A stretch of 61,517 bases of DNA, from the IMG/VR virus record IMGVR_UViG_3300035128_000105, positions 1-61,517 of that record. One strand, written 5' to 3'. Positions 9,073-18,656 of the stretch are shown piece by piece; position 1 is the stretch's first letter; every line of letters starts with the position of its first letter. The translations under genes and the position numbers were made by a program. The stretch comes from a virus. The notes beneath the pieces were generated by a model, which ran no database searches, was not told the DNA's origin, and was given only the letters and a program-made list of their open reading frames with translations.

Positions 9073-9570
9073 CTAATGCTTGTCGGCGCAGTCTTTGACC
9101 ACGCATTCGTGTCGTTCGCAGTAGTCTTCAGCTTTCAGCCGTTGCCGTTGTGCTTCACGTAGACGGCGGCGCCGACTAGCCATAACTTGTGCCCGGTAAC
9201 AGATGTCAACAGCAACCGGACCGTTGCGACGAACGCGTGTACGGTCACCAAAATGTTCAATAAACGCATGAAGGGTGGCTTCGTCGAACGGCTCAAGAAT
9301 AGCGTCTACACCGTCTTCAAACGCGATCCTGAGTTCCGCAACGTCATTGGACACTTGATGCGTCAACTCGTCGATGTTCAGATCGCTGCGTGACTCACGC
9401 GGGTTGTCGGCAAGCGCGTTACGCGCCTTCTCGCGTACCCAACTCGACAAATGCGCCTTGATGTCATCGGCGCGGCCTTCTTCAACAAGTTTTTTCAGGT
9501 CGTCGCAGTTGTCGTCGATGCCACACTCAGCGAGATAGCAGACAAACTGCTCAAGGTTTTTGGCCCCCAT
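9073..9570 (-). CDS. hypothetical protein
   Basis: 165-aa ORF. Confidence 0.4.
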   Translation of the reverse strand: MGAKNLEQFVCYLAECGIDDNCDDLKKLVEEGRADDIKAHLSSWVREKARNALADNPRESRSDLNIDELTHQVSNDVAELRIAFEDGVDAILEPFDEATLHAFIEHFGDRTRVRRNGPVAVDICYRAQVMASRRRRLREAQRQRLKAEDYCERHECVVKDCADKH

Positions 9571-9958
9571 CAGGTGGCGATTTTACATCGTGGTAGCTTT
9601 TTGGCAACGCTTTCTGAGGCGGAGGTCGCTTGATTCGACGTAGGTGACTGGCTCGACGCTCGTCAATGTTTTTCTGTAGATCGGCGTACTTGGCGTGACA
9701 GGCCTCAACGTCCTTACCCAGACGCCGCAACTCGAACATCACGAGCTTGAAGGTCGTGTCAGTCTGCTTGTCGATCTTGGTCGCGCTCTGTTGGACGTTG
9801 TTGACCTTGTCTCGCGCTGCACGCGCCGTGTCACGTGCCTCCAAATATGAAAAGAAGGGAACCGCGATGGCTGCAGCAAGCGCAACCCACGGCGCTGTCG
9901 TTTGGGCTTTTTGTCTGGCAGTCGTTTTGATCTTGGTTGGGGTTTCGGTGTCTGGCAT
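9551..9958 (-). CDS. hypothetical membrane protein (1 TM)
   Basis: ATG at 9958 directly after upstream gene stop (9961); TM WVALAAAIAVPFF. Confidence 0.4.
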   Translation of the reverse strand: MPDTETPTKIKTTARQKAQTTAPWVALAAAIAVPFFSYLEARDTARAARDKVNNVQQSATKIDKQTDTTFKLVMFELRRLGKDVEACHAKYADLQKNIDERRASHLRRIKRPPPQKALPKSYHDVKSPPDGGQKP

Positions 9959-9960
9959 GC

Positions 9961-11127
9961 CTACCTCCGACGGATGTACTGACGGACCTTGGCGGCCGAC
10001 GGAAAGTGGGCGCGCCCAAGAGGTTGAAGTGCAAGCGGTGCGTTCTGTTTGTACCGACGCTTGTAAACCGTGATGAGCGCGCCAGCACCCAAAAACGCAA
10101 GAAGGCCTGCACCAATACCAAAAACGAGGTTGGTGTGCTTCCCGAAAACACCTGTTTTGGGCGGCCACGCTTCAGTTGGAATGTCTTTCGAGCTGGGCCG
10201 CCACGGATTCGGGATCGTGTCGGGAACTGACGTCGGAGGATTCAGCTTGGGGCTAGTCGCGTCGGCCGCGAGTTGTGACGCTTGCTCAAACAACTTGCCA
10301 CGCTCAGCACTCGACCACGGACCGGGCCGATCTCCAGGAAGCCGAATGTCTTTGCCTTGTACCAACGTACCGTCGGCTTTGTACCGGTTGCCTTGCATGG
10401 TATCGCTGATGTACTTGGCGATCTGGATACGAATGTTCACCGGCATTGCAGGCGTCACCATACGTCTGAGCGAATCGATGGCGTTCATGATCGTCTGAAA
10501 CGATGGTGCTTCTCCCTGAAAGCCCACACTGCCGCTGGCAGGCCAGCCACCCAAAATACGCAGCAATCCGTTAACCGTCCACGAGGCATACTCACCCGGC
10601 TTGCCGTACACGTTGAGAAGCATACGTTCAACAGGAATGCTGCCTGCTTGACCGGCTACGGCCTGACGGACTGCATCACTGGTCTCGGCATCCAGGATGT
10701 CACCGATCATCGTTGTGTCAGTACCGATGACGGCCTGCATCAACTGTTTATTGCCGCTATTGTGGCCAAGCCACTGGACCAGGCCGCCGACAACCTGCGC
10801 CCTGGCGTCAGGACGGCAAATCGAAGCCATGTTGGTGCAGCCTGACTCACACAGCCGCGTGTCACACGCCCAGTAAGCGTCTCCTTCTTCGATAGCGCTG
10901 CCATCCGGCAACAGCATCGTCGTAGGCGCTTTGATGGCTTTGAGAAACTGATCGTAGTACAGGCGTGTTAGCGTTGCGGCGCTTTGGGCCTCAGTTTGCG
11001 TCCAGGTTGAACCTGGTCGCTGGGCCGGGACGCCCATGTAGTGTGTCTCGGCGAACGACCACAGATTCTGGACATCTGTGGGCACCGAGCCGCCATAAAC
11101 GGGTTGCGCCAGCGGGGACTTGGACAT
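9961..11127 (-). CDS. hypothetical C-terminally membrane-anchored protein
   Basis: start MSKSPLAQ at 11127, 17 nt downstream of palindrome; C-terminal TM VFGIGAGLLAFLGAGALITVY. Confidence 0.5.
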   Translation of the reverse strand: MSKSPLAQPVYGGSVPTDVQNLWSFAETHYMGVPAQRPGSTWTQTEAQSAATLTRLYYDQFLKAIKAPTTMLLPDGSAIEEGDAYWACDTRLCESGCTNMASICRPDARAQVVGGLVQWLGHNSGNKQLMQAVIGTDTTMIGDILDAETSDAVRQAVAGQAGSIPVERMLLNVYGKPGEYASWTVNGLLRILGGWPASGSVGFQGEAPSFQTIMNAIDSLRRMVTPAMPVNIRIQIAKYISDTMQGNRYKADGTLVQGKDIRLPGDRPGPWSSAERGKLFEQASQLAADATSPKLNPPTSVPDTIPNPWRPSSKDIPTEAWPPKTGVFGKHTNLVFGIGAGLLAFLGAGALITVYKRRYKQNAPLALQPLGRAHFPSAAKVRQYIRRR

Positions 11128-11144
11128 GGAGCTATTGTACTGCC

Positions 11145-11160
11145 GATCGCAGCTGCGATC
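11145..11160. repeat. 16-bp perfect palindrome GATCGCAGCTGCGATC (copy 1)
   Basis: read from sequence; 17 nt upstream of ATG 11127 (minus). Confidence 0.95.
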
Positions 11161-11497
11161 ATCCCCCGATCCAGTCGGCGAGAATTTGCTTACATGTCTC
11201 GGGACTGCCCCCTGACATAGCAGCGATGCACGCATCCCAAATGTCTTGAGGCACCATGTCTACGAGGTGTTGCGCAACGTTGCTTTCAGCGTCTGGATCG
11301 CCTTCACGTGCAATCTGTGCACGAATGCGTGTAGTGGTGAGAGTCGTAGGTAAAGCCAAGTTCTGGACGATGTCACTGTTGCTGAGTACGTAAAACTCCA
11401 TCAACCTGGCGTACGAGCGTTCGCCGTCAAGAAGCCCTTCAATGCTGAGCAACACAGCAAAAGATGGTCGCCTACCGATAGGACGCGCGTTGCTCAT
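11159..11497 (-). CDS. hypothetical protein
   Basis: ATGA overlap with upstream gene; stop codon lies inside the 16-bp palindrome. Confidence 0.35.
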   Translation of the reverse strand: MSNARPIGRRPSFAVLLSIEGLLDGERSYARLMEFYVLSNSDIVQNLALPTTLTTTRIRAQIAREGDPDAESNVAQHLVDMVPQDIWDACIAAMSGGSPETCKQILADWIGG

Positions 11498-12099
11498 GAC
11501 GGTACCGGCAACCGAACAACACCTTTCCATGCATTGGTGCGAACGTGCTGGTGAACAAACTGCTCGGCGAATTTGTAGTCCTCTGTCTCGATGATAGCTT
11601 TGAGGGCTTCGAGAATCGTTTCATCTGGTAGCTCGTCCTTTCCGCTGAAGTCGCGCCAGCGCCAGGGCGTTTCGATGTCCACGATGTACGAACGACGCAC
11701 ATGGAGAGGACGAACATTGAGCGACAGTAGGCGCAACTGCTCCCACAAGTCTGAGACCATCAGCGACTTGTAAGGACCCTTGTTTTCCAGCATCGCCGTT
11801 GTCGTCACGATCGACTGTTTGAGGTTCGTTGTAATACCGTCGGGTACCCAGGCGTGGTAGTAGTCTCGACGTTCGGTGTGGCCATTGATGATGCGTGTCG
11901 CTGAACGCAAGATGCACTCTTGGTGAAGACAGGTAGCCAGGTCCCGGCAAAATTCCAGACCGTAACGCAACGACTTCCAGTCCGAGAGTCGGATCCCGTC
12001 GGCCACGCGAATGACCTCGGCTGGAGAAACATCGGGTAGTTCTGACGACATGTCTCGAAGTATACCGACAGCCTGTGACAATGCTCGATGGATGTGCAA
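11494..12099 (-). CDS. hypothetical protein
   Basis: 201-aa ORF. Confidence 0.4.
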   Translation of the reverse strand: MHIHRALSQAVGILRDMSSELPDVSPAEVIRVADGIRLSDWKSLRYGLEFCRDLATCLHQECILRSATRIINGHTERRDYYHAWVPDGITTNLKQSIVTTTAMLENKGPYKSLMVSDLWEQLRLLSLNVRPLHVRRSYIVDIETPWRWRDFSGKDELPDETILEALKAIIETEDYKFAEQFVHQHVRTNAWKGVVRLPVPS

Positions 12100-12109
12100 C
12101 GCTTGACCT

Positions 12110-12529
12110 GTGTTACCTCAAGCCATCGTCGCGCAAGGAATTGTGGCGACCGCACAGCGCTACGGATCTGACGCTAAAACGGTGCGCGACGCGACGCACG
12201 AAGCGTGCCACGCCCTTGAAGCGAACGCCGAAAGGTGGAACCGCGACACAATCCACGAAGCGCTCGTTCACGCCAATAGCGGTGAGCGTTGGCGCTTGCT
12301 TGCCGCCGAGGTTCGTGCACGCGCTGTAGAACGACGGGTTTGTGAGACACTTGGTGTTCAGTACGATGCAGCAAAGTGGCTCGACATTGCTGCGCTCGAA
12401 ACAATGAAGACCGGCATTCAGGGCGTGCCTGCCGATTTTTGGTCCGTAGCTGTCACCCGTGCGATGACAAACGAGCACGTCCAGGACATGGTCGAACGCA
12501 TCTTGAAATTGTGGGACCAGCCCGTATAG
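12110..12529 (+). CDS. hypothetical protein
   Basis: 139-aa plus-strand ORF in gap between minus-strand genes. Confidence 0.4.
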   Translation: MLPQAIVAQGIVATAQRYGSDAKTVRDATHEACHALEANAERWNRDTIHEALVHANSGERWRLLAAEVRARAVERRVCETLGVQYDAAKWLDIAALETMKTGIQGVPADFWSVAVTRAMTNEHVQDMVERILKLWDQPV

Positions 12530-12530
12530 A

Positions 12531-13325
12531 TCAGTCGCTGTCGGTTGTCTGAAACACGTCGGAACTGAGTTCGCCGAGCATATCCAGCAGCTTATAGCCA
12601 AGCTCGTAGCGGCCGATCTCCCACGCACCTTCAAACGCCAGACGGTATTCTTCTACAGACTCGCGGCCGTCTAGCGCATCACGGTAGCGCCAACGTACGA
12701 CCCGTTCGGCGACGTCGTGGAACGGTAGTCCCTCGTCCAGCACACGCTTGACGATCCGGTGAAGGAACGTGTTGTAGGCGTGCCCTCCACCGTCTGAACG
12801 TGATGCCCATTTTTGGATGAGGACGGTCGCAAGTGCTGCGATCTCGCCTGCTGAAAACCAACGGCTCGCGATGGGCTGTTGGGCCTCAGGCAACGCGTTC
12901 GGGTCAATACCGTAGGCACTTTGCCGTGCCTCGTCGCCGTATTGTCGGGCCGTGTAGTAGATCCGTGAGATGTGGTCGTCGCCGTTGTACTCTTCGAGCG
13001 CTTCTGGCAAAAAGACGTCCATGATCTCACCGTTAGCGAATGCCTCAACAAGCCGGAGAGCCCGTGTGATGGCCTTTCGGGCGTCCGGCAGCTCAACATG
13101 ACTATCGTCGGTCTCGGCCTCTACGCGGCCCCTGAACGGCCCGTGACCCTCGTCGATGCTGCGTAGCTTTGGCGCACGGGGAAGCACGAGACGACACAGG
13201 TCGGCTGCGAGGCCGGCAGCACGAGAACCGTGGTTCCACGGCAACTTAAACCAGGGAGCGTAGTCACCGTCCATGTCTTGTTCCCATTGCTGCTTCCACG
13301 ACGATCGAGCGAGCAATCTTTCCAT
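12531..13325 (-). CDS. hypothetical protein
   Basis: ORF 12531..13448 trimmed to internal ATG; start uncertain. Confidence 0.45.
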   Translation of the reverse strand: MERLLARSSWKQQWEQDMDGDYAPWFKLPWNHGSRAAGLAADLCRLVLPRAPKLRSIDEGHGPFRGRVEAETDDSHVELPDARKAITRALRLVEAFANGEIMDVFLPEALEEYNGDDHISRIYYTARQYGDEARQSAYGIDPNALPEAQQPIASRWFSAGEIAALATVLIQKWASRSDGGGHAYNTFLHRIVKRVLDEGLPFHDVAERVVRWRYRDALDGRESVEEYRLAFEGAWEIGRYELGYKLLDMLGELSSDVFQTTDSD

Positions 13326-13863
13326 GTTCTGCGGACCAAGCCGCTGCCGCAGCGAGACGGATGTTGGGTGGGACGTTGTTGACGGGCGTGTCGTGGAGCC
13401 AGTCCCGGATGCGCCATCTGAGTTCGATCCGTTGGGTTTCGTCATCACTTCCCTCTTGTTCGTCGAGCGCTTGTATCAGTCTGGCGTTGAACAAGCCGTC
13501 TGTGTGCTGCGTCGCCAACATAACACACGCGTCCTCCATCAACTCACGTTGCAACACTGCAAGCGGATACGTGGGTAGGTCGTCGGCGGCGCCGATCGGA
13601 AATGAAAAGTCACCACGTTTGCTGATGTGCCAGCCTAAAATGCGCGCGACGCGTTGCAATACCCGCCGCCGCTCTGCATCAGTCTTTGCACGTAACGCTC
13701 CCCGCCAGAGCGCGGTGGAAGCGTTCCAACACTTGAGTTGGCCGTACCACCGCGCTTTAGGTGTTTTACAGAAGAACTCCGCGATCTCGGCCGCACACCC
13801 CGCTGCGTAAGCGGGGTGCTCCCATCGCATGAGGAGACGCGGACGCCCTAGCTCGAAGCTCAC
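13264..13863 (-). CDS. hypothetical protein
   Basis: 199-aa ORF. Confidence 0.4.
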   Translation of the reverse strand: MSFELGRPRLLMRWEHPAYAAGCAAEIAEFFCKTPKARWYGQLKCWNASTALWRGALRAKTDAERRRVLQRVARILGWHISKRGDFSFPIGAADDLPTYPLAVLQRELMEDACVMLATQHTDGLFNARLIQALDEQEGSDDETQRIELRWRIRDWLHDTPVNNVPPNIRLAAAAAWSAEHGKIARSIVVEAAMGTRHGR

Positions 13864-14285
13864 GCGATATGGATGCCGCCGCCAGGCATCGAGGCGTCGT
13901 GGATACGCTTCTTCTCTGGTGCCGTTTCCTCGAAGACTGGTTTGGCTTCGACGGCGTCGCTGGCGCCGAGCTTGTCGAGCAGCTCCTGAAGTGTGCAGCC
14001 CACGAGCTTGAGGCCATCGTCAAGCGTGCCAATCCGCCAAAAACGGGGACCGTCATACGGCTTGGGCGTGTCACCGGGCTTGGCCAGGTCGCGAATGATG
14101 CGCGTGGTGAAATCATCGACGGGACGGTGCCATACATCGACGATGGCGTTGTCCTTGTCGATCTCGAAGTAGTACACGCAGCGCAGATGGTGTGCTTCGC
14201 TGTGCTTACCAACGGCAAACACGAGGGCTTTTTTCTCGCCTTTGAAATGATCGTACAGGCCGGCTTTTACGGTTACGTTGCTCAT
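13860..14285 (-). CDS. DUF1653-like protein
   Basis: GLYDHFKGEKKALVFAVGKHSEAHHLRCVYY matches DUF1653 Y(R/K)HYKG...HSE...VVY pattern; AAGGA SD before ATG 14285. Confidence 0.6.
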   Translation of the reverse strand: MSNVTVKAGLYDHFKGEKKALVFAVGKHSEAHHLRCVYYFEIDKDNAIVDVWHRPVDDFTTRIIRDLAKPGDTPKPYDGPRFWRIGTLDDGLKLVGCTLQELLDKLGASDAVEAKPVFEETAPEKKRIHDASMPGGGIHIA

Positions 14286-14296
14286 TATCAGTCCTT

Positions 14297-14656
14297 TCAC
14301 ATCAATTGACGTTGTGTCTTGATCGCCGCAACAACGTCTTCCAAACGCTGATCTGGCGCCACGACGCACAAAAAGTTTTCGATCTGACGCGCGTCCTGGA
14401 TAACACCGGTGGGAAGGCCCACGAAATGTCGCACATCTTCGTACGGTACACCGGACTCTGGCGTGATCTCCACGACACCAATAGCACAGATCGGGAAGGC
14501 AACGACATCATCCATACCTTCGTCGTCTTCGTATACAGCACGCCAGCCGGGGCTGGCCATCGTGAGTTGTCTGATCTCGACGCTCGGGTAATCGACAGAG
14601 GAAGTCTCCGAAATGTCCGCCTGATCTACACCAAAGATGTCGTTCGTGTCTGCCAT
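14297..14656 (-). CDS. hypothetical acidic protein
   Basis: 119-aa ORF. Confidence 0.4.
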   Translation of the reverse strand: MADTNDIFGVDQADISETSSVDYPSVEIRQLTMASPGWRAVYEDDEGMDDVVAFPICAIGVVEITPESGVPYEDVRHFVGLPTGVIQDARQIENFLCVVAPDQRLEDVVAAIKTQRQLM

Positions 14657-14698
14657 AGTCCCGTTGTATCAAACGGTCTTGTGCGGTCAAGAAAATGG

Positions 14699-15409
14699 CT
14701 ACGCCAGTTGGAGCGTCCTCCACCCTTCTAAGTGGATATAAAAACATACGCCTTGCGGGAAGCCACGATCGCGGTTGGTGAACACTTCTACGTGGGTTGT
14801 CGATCTCGGCGAAACGGGCAACCACAGTCGAGCACGTCGGCGGAGGAGATACCCTATAGGGACACTCGCTTCTCGGCGTCCTTGTACGTGCAGCTGTGCA
14901 ATGCCGCCGAATGCTATCTTGGTGTCGGGCACTACGGTCGCAGACCACGACGTTAGGATCGCGTGGTCTTCAAACGTTAGCTGACCTGGGACTTCGAGGT
15001 TGGAGCGTTGGGCGTAGCCGATCCGATCAGCGCTACTGAATAGTCGATACGTGGGTGAGGCGTCCGATATGAACGAATCGTAGACGTGGAGACGACGAAT
15101 GGCGTCGTGGTCACCGGTCTTGGTCTGCAGGTACTCACGCGGTTTGTCGTCGAGATCGTTTAGCTCCTGGAAGAGTTTGACGGCCTCGACAGTCAGATCG
15201 CCAGGGCCCGATCCGAGTACACGACGTACACGTGCAAAGACCTCTTGTCGATTCTTGTCTTCGAGCTGTTCCAGCTCAGTACTCTCTGCTTTGCACCAGA
15301 TCTGAGCTAGACGATAGTGCTGGTACCGGTCGAGAAGCTCAAACGCGAGCTTCAGGTTCCCGGCATCAGCGGCAGCGTCCGCCGCGTCGCGGTACTCGTC
15401 GTAGTCCAC
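14699..15409 (-). CDS. hypothetical protein
   Basis: 236-aa ORF. Confidence 0.45.
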   Translation of the reverse strand: MDYDEYRDAADAAADAGNLKLAFELLDRYQHYRLAQIWCKAESTELEQLEDKNRQEVFARVRRVLGSGPGDLTVEAVKLFQELNDLDDKPREYLQTKTGDHDAIRRLHVYDSFISDASPTYRLFSSADRIGYAQRSNLEVPGQLTFEDHAILTSWSATVVPDTKIAFGGIAQLHVQGRREASVPIGYLLRRRARLWLPVSPRSTTHVEVFTNRDRGFPQGVCFYIHLEGWRTLQLA

Positions 15410-15430
15410 GCCAGGGACTATCGCACACGG

Positions 15431-15811
15431 CTATGACAACTGAACGCGGGCGAAAAAGTCGGCCAAACCAGGATGCAGGGGCACCGGCAGACGGTCCATG
15501 GAAAACCAGCCCCAGTCATTGCTCTCTGCGTTCATCCGGGGATACCAGTGCGCGGCCTCGTGCATCGAGATGGCAGCGACGAAGGTCGTGTAGGGGCCAA
15601 TCGTGTGCATTCCGATGGGACGGGCACGTGGCAGGCTACCCGCTTCTTCGCGGAACTCCCGCGCTGCCGCGACAAACGCCGTCTCGCCGGCCTCGATTCC
15701 ACCGCCCGGAACGTTCCAATGATTGGGCACAGGAACGTTGGCAGAACGGCGCATCAAAAAGATCTTACCGTCGCCTCGAACGAGCAAAATACCGGCAGCA
15801 GGACGCATCAT
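15431..15811 (-). CDS. Nudix hydrolase
   Basis: Nudix box GGGIEAGETAFVAAAREFREEAG (Gx5Ex7REUxEExGU). Confidence 0.8.
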   Translation of the reverse strand: MMRPAAGILLVRGDGKIFLMRRSANVPVPNHWNVPGGGIEAGETAFVAAAREFREEAGSLPRARPIGMHTIGPYTTFVAAISMHEAAHWYPRMNAESNDWGWFSMDRLPVPLHPGLADFFARVQLS

Positions 15812-16156
15812 CTATGAGACGCCCCTCAACGGGATTTCGTCGCCTTCGTCCCGCACTTTTGCGATGAGGGCGACATTCGCTTGCCGAATATCCAGGTTGT
15901 TTTCCCGGCCCCAATCCCGACACAAACAATTCCAGGCCAGCTCACCATCGGTAATCTGATCGAAGTTGTCGAGATCGATCCAGTGCGGGAAGATGTCGCC
16001 CATGATGGGCAGCAGCGATCCCTGTGCATCAATGGCGAACGCTTCACGGATTGTGTAGTCCCGACCAGCGGCGGTAACTGTCAGTTGTTTGTAGACGTAG
16101 TTCGCTTTTCCTGCAAATACGTCAGCGATGACGTCATTGGCGCTCATGTAACTCAT
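15812..16156 (-). CDS. hypothetical protein
   Basis: stop abuts Nudix start; start ambiguous. Confidence 0.35.
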   Translation of the reverse strand: MSYMSANDVIADVFAGKANYVYKQLTVTAAGRDYTIREAFAIDAQGSLLPIMGDIFPHWIDLDNFDQITDGELAWNCLCRDWGRENNLDIRQANVALIAKVRDEGDEIPLRGVS

Positions 16157-16814
16157 TTCGGCGTGCGATGATGAACGAAAGACCGAGCCCCAGTGCTGTG
16201 AACGCGAGTGCTGCTGCACCAATCTTTAGGCCAACATGGTTTTTGGTTACGAGCACTTGAGCGAGACGATCTCCAACAAGCCTTGCACCCGTTGCTGTGA
16301 AGTGGACGCCGTCAGGGGTTCGGTAGGCAGACCCGGGCGCCATGTCGCGCGTGTAGCTACGCAGATCGACGAAATTGCCGAACACGCCCTGCATCATCTG
16401 TGCGACGGCCGCCGCTTCTGTTGCCTGCGCGAGCGTGGGCGGCCCGATGCCCCAAACGTCGGCCTTGGGAAATGCGTCTCGAATGCGGGCCATCTGAGTC
16501 GCATCTACACCTAGATCGAGCCCCAGGTCGTTGGTGCCCAACATGACAAAGACAACGTCGGGATCGTACTGCGCCAAACTGGTCAGGATTTGGCTGCCAC
16601 CCTCGTGTGTAAAAAAGCTGTGAGCGGAGCGGCCTACCTTGGCGTTGATGACGACGCTAGCTCCCGCTCGCGCGAGTGCAGCTCCAAAGAAGTCGCCGGG
16701 CGAGCCGTAACGGTTTACGTTCGGATCGGGAGAGTACGTATGAGTGCCGTTACTGCTCTGAGACGAGAGCGAGTCGCCGACGATAAGAATGGTCTTTCCT
16801 TGAACAGCAGGCAT
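16134..16814 (-). CDS. SGNH/GDSL-family hydrolase with C-terminal TM anchor
   Basis: ILIVGDSLS (block I), GTNDL (block III), DGVHFT (block V); C-terminal IGAAALAFTALGLGLSFII; palindrome 16 nt upstream of start. Confidence 0.8.
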   Translation of the reverse strand: MPAVQGKTILIVGDSLSSQSSNGTHTYSPDPNVNRYGSPGDFFGAALARAGASVVINAKVGRSAHSFFTHEGGSQILTSLAQYDPDVVFVMLGTNDLGLDLGVDATQMARIRDAFPKADVWGIGPPTLAQATEAAAVAQMMQGVFGNFVDLRSYTRDMAPGSAYRTPDGVHFTATGARLVGDRLAQVLVTKNHVGLKIGAAALAFTALGLGLSFIIARRNELHERQ

Positions 16815-16830
16815 CGTCTGTATTCTACCC

Positions 16831-16846
16831 GATCGCAGCTGCGATC
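16831..16846. repeat. GATCGCAGCTGCGATC (copy 2)
   Basis: 16 nt upstream of SGNH start (minus). Confidence 0.95.
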
Positions 16847-17405
16847 ATGTATTAGGCTTTTTGACGGGTTTGCGGCGCCGTCTAGGCCACCGGATCACTT
16901 CAAGCGTGACGTCCTCTTTACCGTTATGGCGGATTTGACGTCCCACGCGTGGCGTGATGTCCAAACAACCGCGCCAACCTGAGGTGGGTATTGGCTTACG
17001 TGCGCGTAAACGTTTGAGGTAGAAGCCGATGCCGTTGTACCAGCCGCCTCGCTTCGTCAAGCGCCCGAAGGGACCCCGATCGATAATGATCGCTTCTGTC
17101 GAGAGCTTTGTCCGATGGTTAGTAATACGGATCTTCGTGCCGTACGGCAGCGTCCGATGCGCAGCGCCGACGTCCGTAGGACGAACGCGACGCATCAAAT
17201 ACGGCGTTGCGCCGCCACACCAGGGATCGCCCTTGTAACAGAAAATCGTCGCCTCACAGGTCTGTACATAGCGACCGCTGAGTGGTGTGCCGACACGATG
17301 GGGCGCCGGCTGTGTGGCCGTAACGCGATACGGCTTGGGAGGAGCTGTCGCGACACCCCCGTTAGCGGACAGGTACACGAAGACAGTCAGAGCGTGAACG
17401 AGCAT
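16845..17405 (-). CDS. RlpA-like double-psi beta-barrel (DPBB) domain protein with signal peptide; possible lytic transglycosylase/endolysin-like
   Basis: GAAHRTLPYGTKIRITN...IIIDRGPF resembles RlpA AAHRTLPLGT...NDRGPF; N-terminal hydrophobic signal; stop TGA embedded in palindrome. Confidence 0.6.
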   Translation of the reverse strand: MLVHALTVFVYLSANGGVATAPPKPYRVTATQPAPHRVGTPLSGRYVQTCEATIFCYKGDPWCGGATPYLMRRVRPTDVGAAHRTLPYGTKIRITNHRTKLSTEAIIIDRGPFGRLTKRGGWYNGIGFYLKRLRARKPIPTSGWRGCLDITPRVGRQIRHNGKEDVTLEVIRWPRRRRKPVKKPNT

Positions 17406-17635
17406 GATGATTCCTTTCAGTCTTACTGGCGGCGGATGCTACCAGACATGTAGGACCGCTTACGGAGTATCAGGCGAGCCTCCGGCAACGGTGCAGGATT
17501 GTTACAGAATGTACTGGAACATCGGACCCCGTAACACGTCACGCAACGTGTGACCTGGCAACCCACGCACGTAGCCAATTGACAACGGTGTGGGTGTTGA
17601 TCCTTGACGCGATCGTCTGGATACCAGGTCGGCAC

Positions 17636-17803
17636 TCATCTCAGTATAACTTCGATGATTGTGAATACGACGCCGACAATGATCGCGGCTGTGATTGGGA
17701 TCAGAATCTCTACACGCCCCGTCGCGAAGTACAAGTACACCGACGCTGCAATGGCGGTAGACAATAAAACCAGAAAGACGATTGCCTCACCACGACGGTT
17801 CAT
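17636..17803 (-). CDS. small 2-TM membrane protein (holin-like candidate)
   Basis: MNRRGEAIVFLVLLSTAIAASVYLYF...ITAAIIVGVVFTIIEVIL; ATGA overlap with upstream small ORF. Confidence 0.3.
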   Translation of the reverse strand: MNRRGEAIVFLVLLSTAIAASVYLYFATGRVEILIPITAAIIVGVVFTIIEVILR

Positions 17804-17928
17804 CCAAACAACCTGACGAGTGTGATCGATGTAATGCCGAACAAACAGATCAAGACGAAACCGAAGCCGTTCCACGGACCCCGCTGCTTATAGGCAACGA
17901 TGCCGCTAACGGCTGTAATGATCAACAT
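17800..17928 (-). CDS. small 2-TM membrane protein (about 42 aa; not in ORF track)
   Basis: MLIITAVSGIVAYKQRGPWNGFGFVLICLFGITSITLVRLFG read from sequence; stop overlaps next ATG. Confidence 0.25.
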   Translation of the reverse strand: MLIITAVSGIVAYKQRGPWNGFGFVLICLFGITSITLVRLFG

Positions 17929-17942
17929 CGCAATCAGAAAGA

Positions 17943-18647
17943 TTAGGCCTTGAACGCTTTGCATCCTGCAACCTCCGTCGCATCGAGTAGAGCTTTGGCG
18001 AGTCTCATCGCCTCGTCATACGACAACGTCAGATCTCCCTCGACTGTCCCACTGCTACCGAACGACATTACGACCTCACCGCTTTCCCACGCCGCCAACG
18101 CAATCAAATCCGTATCGCCGACCGGGACGTTCACCTCGAAGTCGGGATCGTCTTCGCGCTCGGGCGCCTTGTAGATAACACGTTTCATGCAGCGGCCTGG
18201 TACTGCCATGTTGCGTCCACCACCCGCTTTTTTGTACTCCGCCAAGTTGTGGATCGACGCATCATACTCGGCAGGCGGCTCGAAGCCAAGATCGATGAAT
18301 TGTCGAATGGGACGTCCTAACGCATGCATCGTGAGCATTTCGTGGCGCATACCAGACGAGATGTCTCCGCCACAAATCCACAGCTCGTCTGACCGTGTCA
18401 GCAAAACAGCGTTGGAGCGTCGCCCACGTAACCGGTCTTCCACGACCGTGTCATCGAGCGTCTCACACGACAAGATCCAGTCGGCGATGATCGCGACGTC
18501 GTAGTTCCTGATGAAAAACTGGTACCAGGCTTTGGCGTTGTGAATGTTGTGTTGCATTCCTTCTTGACTGTCAGCTCGAAGCTGATGTGCCATGAAGATG
18601 ACGGGCACGTACTCGGGATCGGGGGAGGATTTGCTCACTATGTTCAT
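17943..18647 (-). CDS. hypothetical protein
   Basis: 234-aa ORF. Confidence 0.45.
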   Translation of the reverse strand: MNIVSKSSPDPEYVPVIFMAHQLRADSQEGMQHNIHNAKAWYQFFIRNYDVAIIADWILSCETLDDTVVEDRLRGRRSNAVLLTRSDELWICGGDISSGMRHEMLTMHALGRPIRQFIDLGFEPPAEYDASIHNLAEYKKAGGGRNMAVPGRCMKRVIYKAPEREDDPDFEVNVPVGDTDLIALAAWESGEVVMSFGSSGTVEGDLTLSYDEAMRLAKALLDATEVAGCKAFKA

Positions 18648-18656
18648 TTGCGGCTC

